Shown here one piece after another: positions 52,466-64,000 of a stretch of 64,000 nucleotides of DNA. The DNA is taken from positions 199,826,001-199,890,000 of the forward strand of contig OX597814.1 of NCBI GenBank assembly GCA_951406725.2. The letters are read 5' to 3'. The translations under genes and the position numbers were made by a program. Origin of the DNA: Octopus vulgaris. Its lineage: Eukaryota. Numbering within the stretch: the stretch's first letter is position 1; every line of letters starts with the position of its first letter. Under the pieces are notes generated by a model. That model was given only the letters and a program-made list of their open reading frames with translations, did no database searches and was not told the DNA's origin.

Positions 52466-53730
52466 CATTGAAAATAAATAGCATAAGAGTAAATATAAAC
52501 TCTTTGTCTTTGTACAATCCATTACTTAATTTACTGATTCACAAAGCAGAAAAGCAGTGTAGAGTAGACAAAACTTGGCTTAATTAATTTCCATACTGTG
52601 TTCCTTTTTTTAACATAGGTGAGTTGACAAAAGTTTGGAATAAGATATTTGAAATTGTAAAAATATCATTCTAGCTACAATTGAGAGAAACATTTAATCA
52701 TATTCATTATAACATTGGTATATTTTAATTTTCTAATAAGTAGAATAGCAAAGACATGAAAATAAAAACAAGAGAAAAATACGTTTACTTCAATTCAAAT
52801 AAGATATTATTATTCATTTTCGTTTTCTTATCATCTGATTTCCATTTTTAATTTAAATCTAAATACTTATTATGTATGATAAACAGCTTATTCCTTTGCA
52901 ATCGGCTCATTGTGCAATCTTTTGTTTGTTGTAAAGTTGAAATTTGCATCGTCTTATTCGATATCATTAGTGACATTATACATTCATTCTATTCAAAATA
53001 AGTTTTTATTCTTCCTTATTTCCAGAACATTAATTTCATCAGGAACACTAATAACGGCCAATTAATGGAATGTTCTAGATTCTCAAAAGTATAATTTTAA
53101 TTTATCAAAATAATATCCATGAGCAAGTATTTATCCTTCTGAGACCATTTTCCATTAATTTAGGTTAATTATTGAATGCATGAAATTTAGAACATTCCAT
53201 CTTTAATATTAATCTTATGGTTTATAAAACTGTAGTACAGAACAAAGTAACTTTCTTGTTACTATATATATGTATGTGTGTGTGTGTGTGTGTAATATAT
53301 ATATATATGTATGTAAAATATATATATATATGCAAAATATATATATGTAAAATATATATATATATGCAAAATAAATATATATATATATATATATCCTAAC
53401 CGCTAGGTGTGTGACCTAGTGGTTTGGATGTTGATCTCATGACCACAAGGTTGTGGGTTCAAATTCTGGATCTAGCAGTCAACATAAATAGTTTTCTCAT
53501 TCATGTATATTTTCTTCCTCTTTAGCTGCTAAATTTAAAACCCAACAACCATGCTAAAGAAAGGAACATTCCAGAAATAATTGCAACTTCACATAGCATT
53601 ATTAGTGAGAAGAATGTTTTTGTGGCAGATTTAAAGCTTTTTGTTTATAAAATTGAAATTGCTACATTAATAACTCACCGCCCCCACCCCCTAGATGTAC
53701 CATATATTCACATGTATACATGCATGTAGT

Positions 53731-54066
53731 GAAGGCGCATGGCTCAGTGGTTAGAGCATCGAGCTCACGATCATGAGGTTGTGAGTTCGAATCCTGGACC
53801 GGGCTGTGTGTTGTGTTCTTGAGCAAGACACTTTATTTCACACTGCTCCAATTCACTGAGCTGTAGAAATGAGTTGTGACATCACTGGTGCCAAGCTGTA
53901 TCGGCCCCTTTGCCTTTCCCTTGGATAACACTGGTGGCATGGAGAGGGGAGGCCGGTATACATGGGTGACTGCTGGTCTTCCACAATCAACCTTGCCCAG
54001 ACTTGTGCCTGGGAGGGTAACTTTCTAGGTTGCAATCCCATGGTCAGTCATGACCGAAGGGGGTCA
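53731..54066 (+). mobile_element. tRNA-derived CORE-like SINE (family D relative)
   Basis: TGGCTCAGTGGTTAGAGC A-box, GAGTTCGAATCC B-box, GTGTTCTTGAGCAAGACACTT core; relatives at ~19110-19390 (+), ~56860-57150 (-) and ~62100-62255 (-). Confidence 0.8.
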
Positions 54067-54179
54067 CAACATGGATGTATATATCAAACAAGGGAAATAT
54101 GAAATGATATTGAAATTATTTGCCTTTGTATGACATAAACAACATAGACACTTAACAGCATTTATTTTAAGAGTCAAAT

Positions 54180-54820
54180 AAGGTCCCGAGCTGGCAGAAA
54201 CGTTGGCACGCCGGCTGGAATGCTTAGCAGTATTTCGGCTGCCGTTATGAGTTCAAATTCCGCTGAGGTTGACTTTGTCTTTCATCCTTTTGAGGTCGAT
54301 AAATTAAGTACCAGTTACGCACTGGAGTCGATGTAATCAACTTAATCCGTTTGTCTATCCTTGTTTGTCTATCCTTGTTTGTCCCCGCTGTGTTTAGCCC
54401 CTTGTGGGTAGTAAAGAAATAGGTATTTCACCCATTGCTACGTTCTGAGTTCAAATTTCGCCAAGGTCAACTTTGCCTTTCATCCTTTCAGGGTCGATAA
54501 ATTAAGTACCAGTGAAATTTTGGGGTTGATGCAATCGACTAGTGCCCTACCCCAAAGCTTCAGACTTTGTGCCTATAGTAGAAAGGATTATTAGAATCAA
54601 ATAAGGCCACAAACTGGTTGAATCGTTAACACACCGGGCAAAATGCTTAGTGGTATTTTAGTCATCCTTACGTTCTGAGTTCAAATTCCACCTAGGTCAA
54701 CTTTGCCTTTCATGTTTTCGGGGTCTGTAAAATAAGTACCAATTGAGTACTGGGGTCAGTGTAATCAACTTACTCTCTCCACCAAATTTCAGGCCTTGTA
54801 CTTATAGTAGAAAGGATTAT
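54180..54820 (+). mobile_element. Cluster of three family A SINE units
   Basis: Three GAGTTCAAATT...CTTTCAT...AAGTACC cores. Confidence 0.85.
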
Positions 54821-55059
54821 TAGTGTGAAATAAGAAGTTGGTTTGATTTTAAACTCAACTTCATTGAAAATACGAATATATTGAGAAGTGGCCAAAATGC
54901 AAATAAAACAGGTGACTTTTGAGAAAAAGACAGTTGCTACCTTTTGTATGTAACTGGTAAATTAGGAAAATGGTTTTACAAAACTTTTTTGTAAGATTGG
55001 CAGTATCAAAAGAATGGCAAGCAAAATGCCTTGTGGTATTTACTGTATGCAAATAAGAG

Positions 55060-55263
55060 AAATGTGACACGACAAGCACTTGACTGGAACCCGCAGGGGA
55101 AAAGGAAGCGAGGACGCCTGGAGCAGACATGGAAGCGGTCCATTTGGGACGAGCTCAGGACCACCAGCCTGACATGGGAAGCAGCCAAGAAAAGCGGAAA
55201 ACAACTGTTGAGGCCCTATGCTCCACAAGGAGCAAAAAGGATTAAGAAGAAGAAGAAGAGGAA
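55060..55263 (+). mobile_element. RTE-clade LINE 3' end with (AAG)n tail
   Basis: VTRQALDWNPQGKRKRGRLEQTWKRSI...LTWEAAKK is the typical RTE C-terminus. Confidence 0.85.
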
Positions 55264-55342
55264 GAATTTTGCCCATGATGCAATTTTACCAAGGTCACCT
55301 AGTCACATAAGTAACATACTCCACATATACACATAATGCACA

Positions 55343-55855
55343 TGGTGGTACATAAAAAGCACCAACCAATCGTAGCCGTTGCCAGCGTCCCCTGGCACCT
55401 GTGCTGGTGGCACGTAAAAAGCACCATCTGTATGTGGCCAATGCCAGCGCCACCTTGACTGGCTTCCGTGCCAGTGGAAAGTAAAAAGCACCAACTGATC
55501 GTGGCCATTGCCAGCCTCCCCTGGCACCTGTGCTGGTGGCATGTAAAAGCACCCACAACACTCTTGGAGTGGTTGGTGTTAGGAAGGGTATTCAGCTGTA
55601 GAAATACTGCCAGATCAGACTGGAGCCTGGTGCATCCTTCTGGCTTCCCAGACCCTGGTCGAACCGTCCAACCCATGCTAGCATGGAAAACGGACACTAA
55701 ACGATGATGATGATGATATTCACATGCGTGCACACACACACAAGCCAAATTCAAACTGAAACCTGGTGCAGCCCTCCAGCTTGCAATTTCCAGTCAAACC
55801 ATTCAACCAATGCCAGCAAGGAAAGTGGATGTTAAATGATGATGATAATGATGAT
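55343..55855 (+). mobile_element. Family C element plus a second short 3' copy
   Basis: Internal repeats; (GAT)n tails at ~55703 and ~55838. Confidence 0.83.
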
Positions 55856-57389
55856 GCATATATATATTAAATAAGAGAAATGTCAAATGATACTAGGGTT
55901 ATCTCCCTTTGCATTACATGAACATTTCTCATGGAAAAATAAATTCCCAGTCAAGTATTGTCAATATAATTGATTATATCCCATCCTAAAATCTGAAGCC
56001 TTGTGCCTATGATAGAAATCAATATATATATATCCAGTATTTTCCAAAAGATATTTTGCGTTTTCCTGGCAAAGACACTTCAATAGCAGGCTTCAATTTT
56101 TTGCAATATAGATATATGGAAAGAGAAAGAAGGAAAAATGGTTTTTGATTGAACTAAAAAAGAGATAATTATTTATGACGTAAATCTGTTTCGAGGATTT
56201 TGTCCCATATTCATCTAAACCCAACTCTAAATGTGTTTCAAATATTCTTTTCAAAGTATTGATAAAGCCGACAGAGAAGGCTCTAGCTCAATTTAGCTTT
56301 TAACTTTATCGACACATCTTCATATAATTAGAGATGGCAAGTGATATTGTAGATGAATCCGATCTCAGTTTTAATGTAATCTAAGTGCTGTAAAATACAA
56401 AAAAAAAAGAATTGGTAAAGTATGACTTGTGTTTAATCTACAGAACATTCAACTTTGTTGGGCTTTTGTTTCTTTGTCTTTTTGTTAGTTCTCTAAGATG
56501 AATCTTGAATAGTTAGCTATAAAGGTTATAATATATAACAAAAGGAAACCAAAAAAAAAAAAATGTTTAAAACTATCAATACACTAACTGGCAAATAAAA
56601 CTTTAATAGTCAAAATATGGGCCATATTTCTTGGAATACAACTCCGAATGTGTTAAATATTGGGGTACATTTCATTGGTATAAAGTTTCAAAAAGAATGT
56701 CTTTTTATCAACATAATCATATACAAAGTGGCCTTGTTGTTTATGACTGTTTCGGTAGACCTATAACAAAAGATATTACATATCTAGTGGAGCACCACCG
56801 TTAGTCGAACTTATGGCCTTGCTATCCTATTTTCAGCCATAAGCTGACACTGTCAGTGATGATGACAAGGGTTCCAATCAACAGAACAGCCTGCTTGTGA
56901 CACTAACGTGCAAGTGACTGAGGGTTCACATACATACATGCTTACCCTTAATGTAGTTCTCAGGGAGATTCAGTGTGACACAGAATGTGACATGGTTGGC
57001 CCTGTGAATTACAGGTACAACTTATTTTTGTCAGTTGAGTGGACTGCAGCGATGTGAAATAAAGTGTCTTGCTGAAGGACATAATGCACCACTGGGAGTT
57101 GAACTCATAACCTTACAATCATGAGCCAAACAGCCAAACCACAGGACTACATTATCTAATGTGTCCTTCAGTTTCAAGATGTAAAGGTGTGATTTGATGG
57201 CTATTTTGGTGTAATTTCGAGGAACAAAAAAAAGCCACACACACATTACTGTTTTCACTAAGGGTTAATTTCTTTGAAATATAAGCAATTGGATTTTCCA
57301 TGAAAATATTAGAAAGTACCAAAGGAATCATGTTTGGTAGGATCATATATCAAAACACAGACATAAGTAAAACAAAAAGCACAAAAACC

Positions 57390-57700
57390 CATCACTATCA
57401 CAAGTCAACATTAATTTCACCATGCTTACTTGGATGGATGAAACCTCTCCAACACTTTGTGTTACTAGTCATGGAATGCATTTTGTCATCTCTTTTGCGA
57501 AGCTTAGCAGTCTGAGATTGGTCTTCATCACTTCCTAGTACTTCCTCTTCCACAAGTTCCGTCCATTTGGAATAGATTGCACTACTTTAGGCAGTTAACC
57601 CCTTCAGTACACTCCTGTACCAGTAAAGCCTTCTTCTTTGCATTCTACTTTTGATTTGCCTTATATCTATTTTTTCTCTCAGCTCTGTCAGTATCCTGTC
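57390..57700 (-). mobile_element. Decayed RTE LINE 3' end
   Basis: ELREKIDIRQIKSRMQRRRLYWY (cf. ELRERL.I..I...MQ.RRLRWYGHV); terminus resembles the family C tail. Confidence 0.55.
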
Positions 57701-57971
57701 ATTCATGAAATCAAAATCTCTGACATGTTGATGACAGTACTGCCTGATTGGCACTCATGCCAGTGGAGCGTTAAAAGCACCATCTAAATGTGATCATTGC
57801 CAGACCCACTGACTGGCGCCCATGCCGGTGACACATAAAAAGCACCATTCCAGTGTGATCGTTGCCAGCATTGCTTTACCGTTACATGTGCTGGTGACAC
57901 GTGAAAAACAACATTCAAGCGTGGTCATTGCTCACAACACTTTGGTCAGCCTGAGGCTATAGAAGACACTG

Positions 57972-58204
57972 AAGGCGGCGAGCTGGCAGAAACGTTAGCA
58001 CGCCAGGCGAAATGCTTAGCGGTATTTCGTCTGTCGTTACGTTCTGAGTTCAAATTCCGCCAAGGTCGACTTTGCCTTTCATCCTTTCGGGGTCGATAAA
58101 TAAAGTACCAGTTTCGCACTGGGGTCAATGCAATCGACTTAATCCCTTTGTCAGTCCTTGTTTGTCCCCTCTATGTTTAGCCCCTTGTGGGCAATAAAGA
58201 AATA
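57972..58204 (+). mobile_element. Young family A SINE nested in a family B copy (-, 57930-58308)
   Basis: CpG-rich copy; TSD TAGAAGACACT at 57960-57970 and 58212-58222. Confidence 0.88.
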
Positions 58205-58319
58205 TATATAGTAGAAGACACTTGCCCAAGGTGCCATGCAGTGGGACTGAACCCAGAACCATGTTGTTGGTAAACAAGCTACTTACCACACAGCCACTCC
58301 TATGCCTATATATTATCCA

Positions 58320-59195
58320 TTTTTTTCTTTTTTGCGGAGAATTGTGAAGAGTATAAATATGGTGTTCACTAATGTCTTCCTCTCTCTCATATTGTTTTGT
58401 GATATATCAAAGTGCCCTGCAATTGCTCCCTTTTTATAATTACATAGTGAGTTAGCAGGACTACTAAAACAGTTAGTTCTTATGTTTATGACTTCCCCAT
58501 TTGCATTTGAATTGGTAAATCCCAATGATCCCTTGTCACTTACTCACAGATTTATAGGCTTATGCCTTATAATTGATAAGGTTTTTAATTTTGCCTGTTT
58601 CGGAGTATATTATTAGTTTCACTTTGTAGTTTGGCGTAATTCATTTTGAGTTCTGTTTAAGAGGTTTTTGATGTGTTCATCTAGCATAGAGTTAGTGTTC
58701 ATTTGAATTGTTATATACTTATACATTATTTCTATTAGCTTAGTGAATAATGTATTGTTCACATAGTATTTGTGACTGTATTACTTTATCACTTGTTAGA
58801 ATACCTGTTGTATTAATACTGCTTAATTCATTCTGCGAGTCACTTTATCTACTACTTCATTTATGGAAAGGTATTTAAATGCTCTTTTAAGAAAAGATTT
58901 TCTCATTGACATTCTTATATCCTTGAATATATGCTGTCTCCATACAAGAATATGCTTTTATTTGTCTTTGGAATAAACATATCAAATGTATCTTTTATTT
59001 TCTGTTTGGATGTTTATGTCTGTAAGCAGAGTCATTGCACTGCTTGGATTTTTTCTTTATACTCTTTTTGACATTGAAATTTAATATCAAGCAATTCTGC
59101 AGTAATTCTTCTTTTAATTTCTCAACATCTTTTGTGGTTATATCATCTCTATACCTAGTACATGTATGTTCATGCCTTTGTACATCTTTGATTTT
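58320..59195 (-). mobile_element. Possible highly decayed LINE ORF remnant
   Basis: RYRDDI...LQ...LNFNVKK resembles RT YADD and L.FN.KK motifs; INIRTNCFSSPAN resembles R2-type R.N.LPT.AN; many stops. Confidence 0.3.
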
Positions 59196-59201
59196 TTTTA
59201 T

Positions 59202-59400
59202 GTGGAGACGCAATGGCCCAGTGGTTAGAGCAGCGGACTGGCAGTCATAGGATCGTGGTTTCGATTCCCAGAACGGGTGTTGTGAGTGTTTACTGAGTGA
59301 AAACACCTAAATCTCCAAGAGGCTCCAGCAGGGGTGGTGGTGATCCCTGCTGTACTCTTTTACCACAACTTTCTCTCACTCTTACTTCCTGTTTCTGTTG
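59202..59400 (+). mobile_element. Family D SINE 5' part
   Basis: Matches 15830-16010. Confidence 0.8.
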
Positions 59401-61462
59401 TCTGTAATTCAAAGGGCCAGCCTTGTCACACTCAACCCATATATGGATTCTCATGGTGCGGGGGCCCACTTGCCATTGGGCAAGCTGGCAACCTGGCCAG
59501 TCCACCACTGCAAACACCCATAATATAATAACCTATGGTATCAGCCAACACAAAGATGGAATTGTTAGTGACCTGTATGAGAGAAGTATCCTTTTACTCA
59601 CCACACAACAATTATATAATCAATAAAGATGGAGTAGCCATGGGTTCTTCCTTAAGGACTATGCACAAATGATTCTTTATACATATGCTTACAATGTTGG
59701 TGATGTTCTACATGGTTGCAATAAAAATCAAAGATGTTGTTGTTTTTAGCATTCCGTTGCTTATGAAAATGAGGGTTCCAGTTGATCCGATCAACGGAAC
59801 AGCCTGCCCGTGAAATTAACGTGCAAGTGGCTGACATGTGTACTCTTAACGTAGTTCTCGGGGATATTCAGCATGACACAGGGGATATTCAACTGTCAAG
59901 TTTGAGAATTTTTTATTCACTCCTGGAAGAATGCATTAATTATTTAAGCCTGGCTGTGTTTGAAGACAGTTGAAAAGAATACTTTTAACAAAAAAAAAAA
60001 TCAAATTAAAGCATTGTAGTAGCAGGTGGGCTCCCTTAGTCTCCTGGCAGCCAATATTTTTAGACCCAGTCCACCACTGGATATTTGAATATATTATCCA
60101 ATGTGGTTTCTATTGTTTCTGCTACTGACAATTAAGTAAACAGACTTTCTATTTCAAAATGGAGTTGCTGCTTATTTTGCTAGTTTCTTCTGAGATCTCT
60201 AGGAACTCTCTGGATTAATGAATATTGTATCTATTATACATACTGTATCTCTTATGTATTTCATTTGATAATGTTGTACAATTATTTAGTTATCTTGTGT
60301 GATAGCTTATTTGAGATAATGCCAGAAGGGATGTTTGTGTATTTTTCTGTTCTTTATGTATATAAGAATCTAAAAAAAAAAAAAAAAATTTTTAAACGCC
60401 TTCTGCTCAGCAATCAGCAGTCTAATTGCAAAATCTGAGATTGTTTGAATGTGTCACCACAAAGACAAATATTTAGTGAAAGAAATGAAATTACTATCAC
60501 AACCAAATTATACAGCTTTCACCTGCTCTTAACATTTACCTTCCCTCCCCACATCAACCAGCAATTTTTCTTCCTGCTTGATATCTAAAACCCCGCCAAA
60601 TGCATCGTTTAATTGTTAATTGTACATACTTGTTGCATTCATTTGTACATACACGTAAGGGTATAAGCATAGATGAGTCTTCATGCAAATTTTTACTGGA
60701 ATTTTTTTGCCTTTGCTGCAGTTCTTCAGTCAATTTATTCTTTAATCTTTTGGCTGTAATTTTATGCTAATTTTTAACTCATTCCCTGCACCACTGTTCT
60801 TTCTTTTCCCATTCTGCTTTCTTCCATTTCTCCCACAAATTGCCTCACCTTTTAACTCTTCTTTTCATTCTCTCGCTCTCTCTTAATCTCCTTAAATTCA
60901 AAATTAACAACTTACTACATTATCCATCTGTTTCTGTTTGTTTTGTTTTTTAATTTCTCAGCAATTAAACTTCTACATGATGAAAACATTTTTAATTAAA
61001 TGTCTCAAACAATATAAAATATATGTCATTCAAATTCTAAAATGAAAGACACTCCTAAAATTATCACATATTCTGTCAAAACACAATTTACTTGATCTCA
61101 CCTAGAAAAACCACATCAAAAACTTTTTTTTTCTTTCCTACAGAAAATCATTTTATCCACATGTTTTGCTTTAGATATTTCTAAATGTTCCCTTATGTAT
61201 TCTTTATTCTTGCATGGAAAACTAGTAACACGCACAAATTCTTTTCAGTATGAAATAAACATATCATACTGATGTGTACACAATGCTTCAAGAAAGATAA
61301 TAGTCATATAAAAATCCTGGAAGATAACTCCATGAAGTGACTGATATGAATAAATCTGGTTTGAATGAATAAAATGATTCCAAACTACTTAATAATATTG
61401 AGTAATTTTATTTTCCCTGGTTACATTTTATATTAGTGCAAAATCACCATTCACTCTCTGTG

Positions 61463-61905
61463 TCATCATCATCATCATCATCATCATTTAACGTCTGCTT
61501 TCATTGCTAGCATGGGTTGCAGGATTTTGACTGAGGGCTGGTGAACCAGATGGCTGCACCAGGCTCCAATCTTGATCTGGCAGAGTTTCTACAGCTGGAT
61601 GCCCTTCCTAATGCCAACCACTCCAAGAGTATAGTGGGTGCTTTTTACGTGCCACTGGCATGGGAGCCAGTCAGGCGGCACTGGCAACGACCTCGCTCGA
61701 ATCTTTTTACACATGCCACCGGCACAGGTACCAGTAAGGCGACGTTGGTAACGATCACGCTCGAATGGTGCCCTTTTACATGCCACTGGCATGGAAGCCA
61801 GTTGGCTGCTCTGGCAATGATCAAGCTTAGATGGTGCACTTGGCACCCTACTAGCACAGGCGCAAGTGCCAGTAAGGCGACGCTGGTAACGATCATGCTC
61901 GAATG
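61463..61905 (-). mobile_element. Family C element
   Basis: (CAT)n terminus; matches 43857-44184 and 51956-52465. Confidence 0.85.
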
Positions 61906-62278
61906 GTATGTGTGTATGCTTATATTTTTTTTAGATGGCCATCACCCACGAATAAGTATGAGTTGGTAACATGTATCATATTTTCAACATTTGATTTTTA
62001 GATTCCTACATAGCTGTGAGCAAACACAGACATCTTTTTAACTTTCTCGCCATTTGACCCAGTGGTACATTGAGGATGTGAGTGCTGAGGGTAGTGAGTT
62101 GTGTTTAGTTCATTAGCTCTGAGCTGGTACTCATTTTCACTGACTGAGCTGGGGCAATGTGAAATGAAGTACCCTGCTCAAAGATACAACACACTAACTG
62201 GCCCAGCAGTTGAACACTCAGTATTATGAGAACAAGCCAAATATCAATAAACCACATTGTCTACTTACATACTTACAT

Positions 62279-62321
<43 letters not shown>

Positions 62322-62573
62322 CTCGTTTACTCTTTTATTTGTTTCAGTCATTTTGACTACAGCCATGCTGGAGTAACACCGTAAAGGTTTTTAGTTGAAG
62401 AAATCACCCCAGGACTTATTCTTTCGGTCGCTTTTTGCCTATGGTACTTAGGTTGAGGCACCAGAATTTAGTATGGTATTATCCATACAATTTCAAAGTA
62501 AGGTGATTAAAATCAAAATAAGCAACAAGGATATCCAGAGGTAATGCAGTACGATCGTTTCATGCAACTCCAT

Positions 62574-62609
<36 letters not shown>

Positions 62610-62899
62610 AGGAAGTTAATTATATAGCCACTCAGTCATACAGTGACCAATGGTTTCACATCCATAAAGTACTTAGCTTCATAGATGACTCATTGCAAAA
62701 TGGAGACAAAAAAAAAACGTTACAATCAGTTAATTTTGTAATAAAAATATATTGTCTGTGCCTTAGGTGGAATTGTATATCACTCTTAGATCAAGTCTGG
62801 TCAGCAAATCTTTTATGGCCTTAATCAACAAAGGGGGATTTTCATTCTTAGATTGATTCCAGTCAGCAAATTTTTTTATGCCTCTAATCAATGAACAGG

Positions 62900-63160
62900 A
62901 AACCCACACTTGCAATAGGTAACATTTAGAGTGTGGACAAAGGCTGAAGAGCTCATTTCTGGAATTTAAAAGGGTCTCCAGATCAAATGAGAGCTTTAGG
63001 ATTGTTGCTCCCTTCTATTCTGGAAAGAGGTTATATACCCATGGTCACTGGAGTTGGATATGCTGCTATAAGGATGCTGTCCATAAAGATGCTTTATGGA
63101 TGCAAAACCACCGGTCACTCTATTGCTGGCCATGTAAGTAACCGCCTATAAATACATTAC
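62900..63160 (+). mobile_element. Possible decayed RTE fragment
   Basis: LPSI...IRM...KMLYG...G resembles RTE PSI...RM...K..LYGEL..G; frameshifted. Confidence 0.35.
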
Positions 63161-63804
63161 CGCTCTAATGTTTAAAATGTGTTCCTTTTTCAGATATACA
63201 ATTCACTGATTGTATGTGTGTGAAGATATAGATAGTTACGTAGAAGTTTATTTCTGTATGTATGTATGTATATGTCTGTGTGCAGACACTGACACACACA
63301 CATTTATATACATATTATAACGAAGAACATTAAAAGTAGTATTTTATTATACTTTCACTTCAGAAATTATTTAAGAATATTACTATGGAATTTGAATGCT
63401 GCCAATATGCAAAGAAATCTAGAGTTTGTAAGACAGTCATCTGGAGTTAATGGAAGGAAGGAAAGAGTGTTGTAGACATACAATACTTAGAAGTGACTTA
63501 AAAATAAGAAAAATATATAATACATAGTTTACATTATAAGTACCATCACGTACTTAAATTGTTAAAGTAGATAATACAGATTATATAGATGAATGTCTTA
63601 AATGACTGTTCATCAGAATGTAAGCATTGTTATAACGGTGAAAGAAAGAGAGAAAATATAGTATTTTTAGGAATGAAATTTCTTTCTACATGAAGTAAGA
63701 AGAGTTTCTTGATAACATGGTTTTAATAATTCAGAAATTTAATGTGCTTCATGACCAACTGAGTGGGTGTCAATCTATTATTATACAACACTTTTTTTTT
63801 ATAT

Positions 63805-64000
63805 ATATGTGCCCTTTTCAAGCCTAGCCAGGCTCATGGGCCCGGTTTCCCAGTTTCTATGCCGTATAGGTTCCCCCTAGCTGGATGGGACGCCAGCCAA
63901 TCGCAGTGTTACTCAAGAAACAAGAAGAAAGAGTGAGAGAAAGTTGGGGGTGAAAGAGTACAACAGGGGTCACCACCCCCTGCCAGAGCCTCGTGGAGCT
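63805..64000 (-). mobile_element. Family D SINE 3' part (runs off window)
   Basis: Reverse complement matches 11595-11785. Confidence 0.78.

Noticed and set aside
53731-53805. Apparent tRNA genes (also 11494, 15830, 59202)
   Set aside because: A/B boxes present, but the acceptor stem does not close and the sequence runs into a SINE body.
62923-63133. Open frame ending at a strong CAT|GTAAGT donor
   Set aside because: Better explained as a decayed RTE fragment; no good acceptor.

Overview
AT-rich eukaryotic genomic DNA with no long protein-coding gene. It looks like intron or intergenic sequence of a coleoid cephalopod, probably an octopus; this is inferred from the SINE families and microsatellite load. 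Four SINE-like families dominate, labelled here A-D: A, tRNA-head with Meta-like domain; B, tRNA-head with an internal TA/CA microsatellite; C, (GAT)n-tailed RTE-related with ~60-bp internal repeats; D, tRNA-head CORE/V-like. The window also holds 5'-truncated LINE remnants (CR1, RTE, R4/Dong-like), DNA transposon remnants (piggyBac MITEs with TTAA, a DD37D-like mariner, a Helentron-type HINE), very long (TA)n arrays and a decayed 28S rRNA fragment. Nearly all long ORFs in the track are microsatellite or repeat artefacts. A few short exon candidates exist on the + strand, the best at 1653-1700, followed by an AG|GTAAG recursive-splice-like site. The most interesting signals are fold-back elements carrying Penelope-type minimal hammerhead ribozyme motifs: a palindromic element with a tRNA-like centre (47282-47736), and a second family with an apparent U3-A8 variant core (10381-10440, 11971-12020). 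Also notable are a perfect 121-bp inverted duplication and a tandem array of a family C element between giant (TA)n tracts. Repeat boundaries were read by eye and are approximate.
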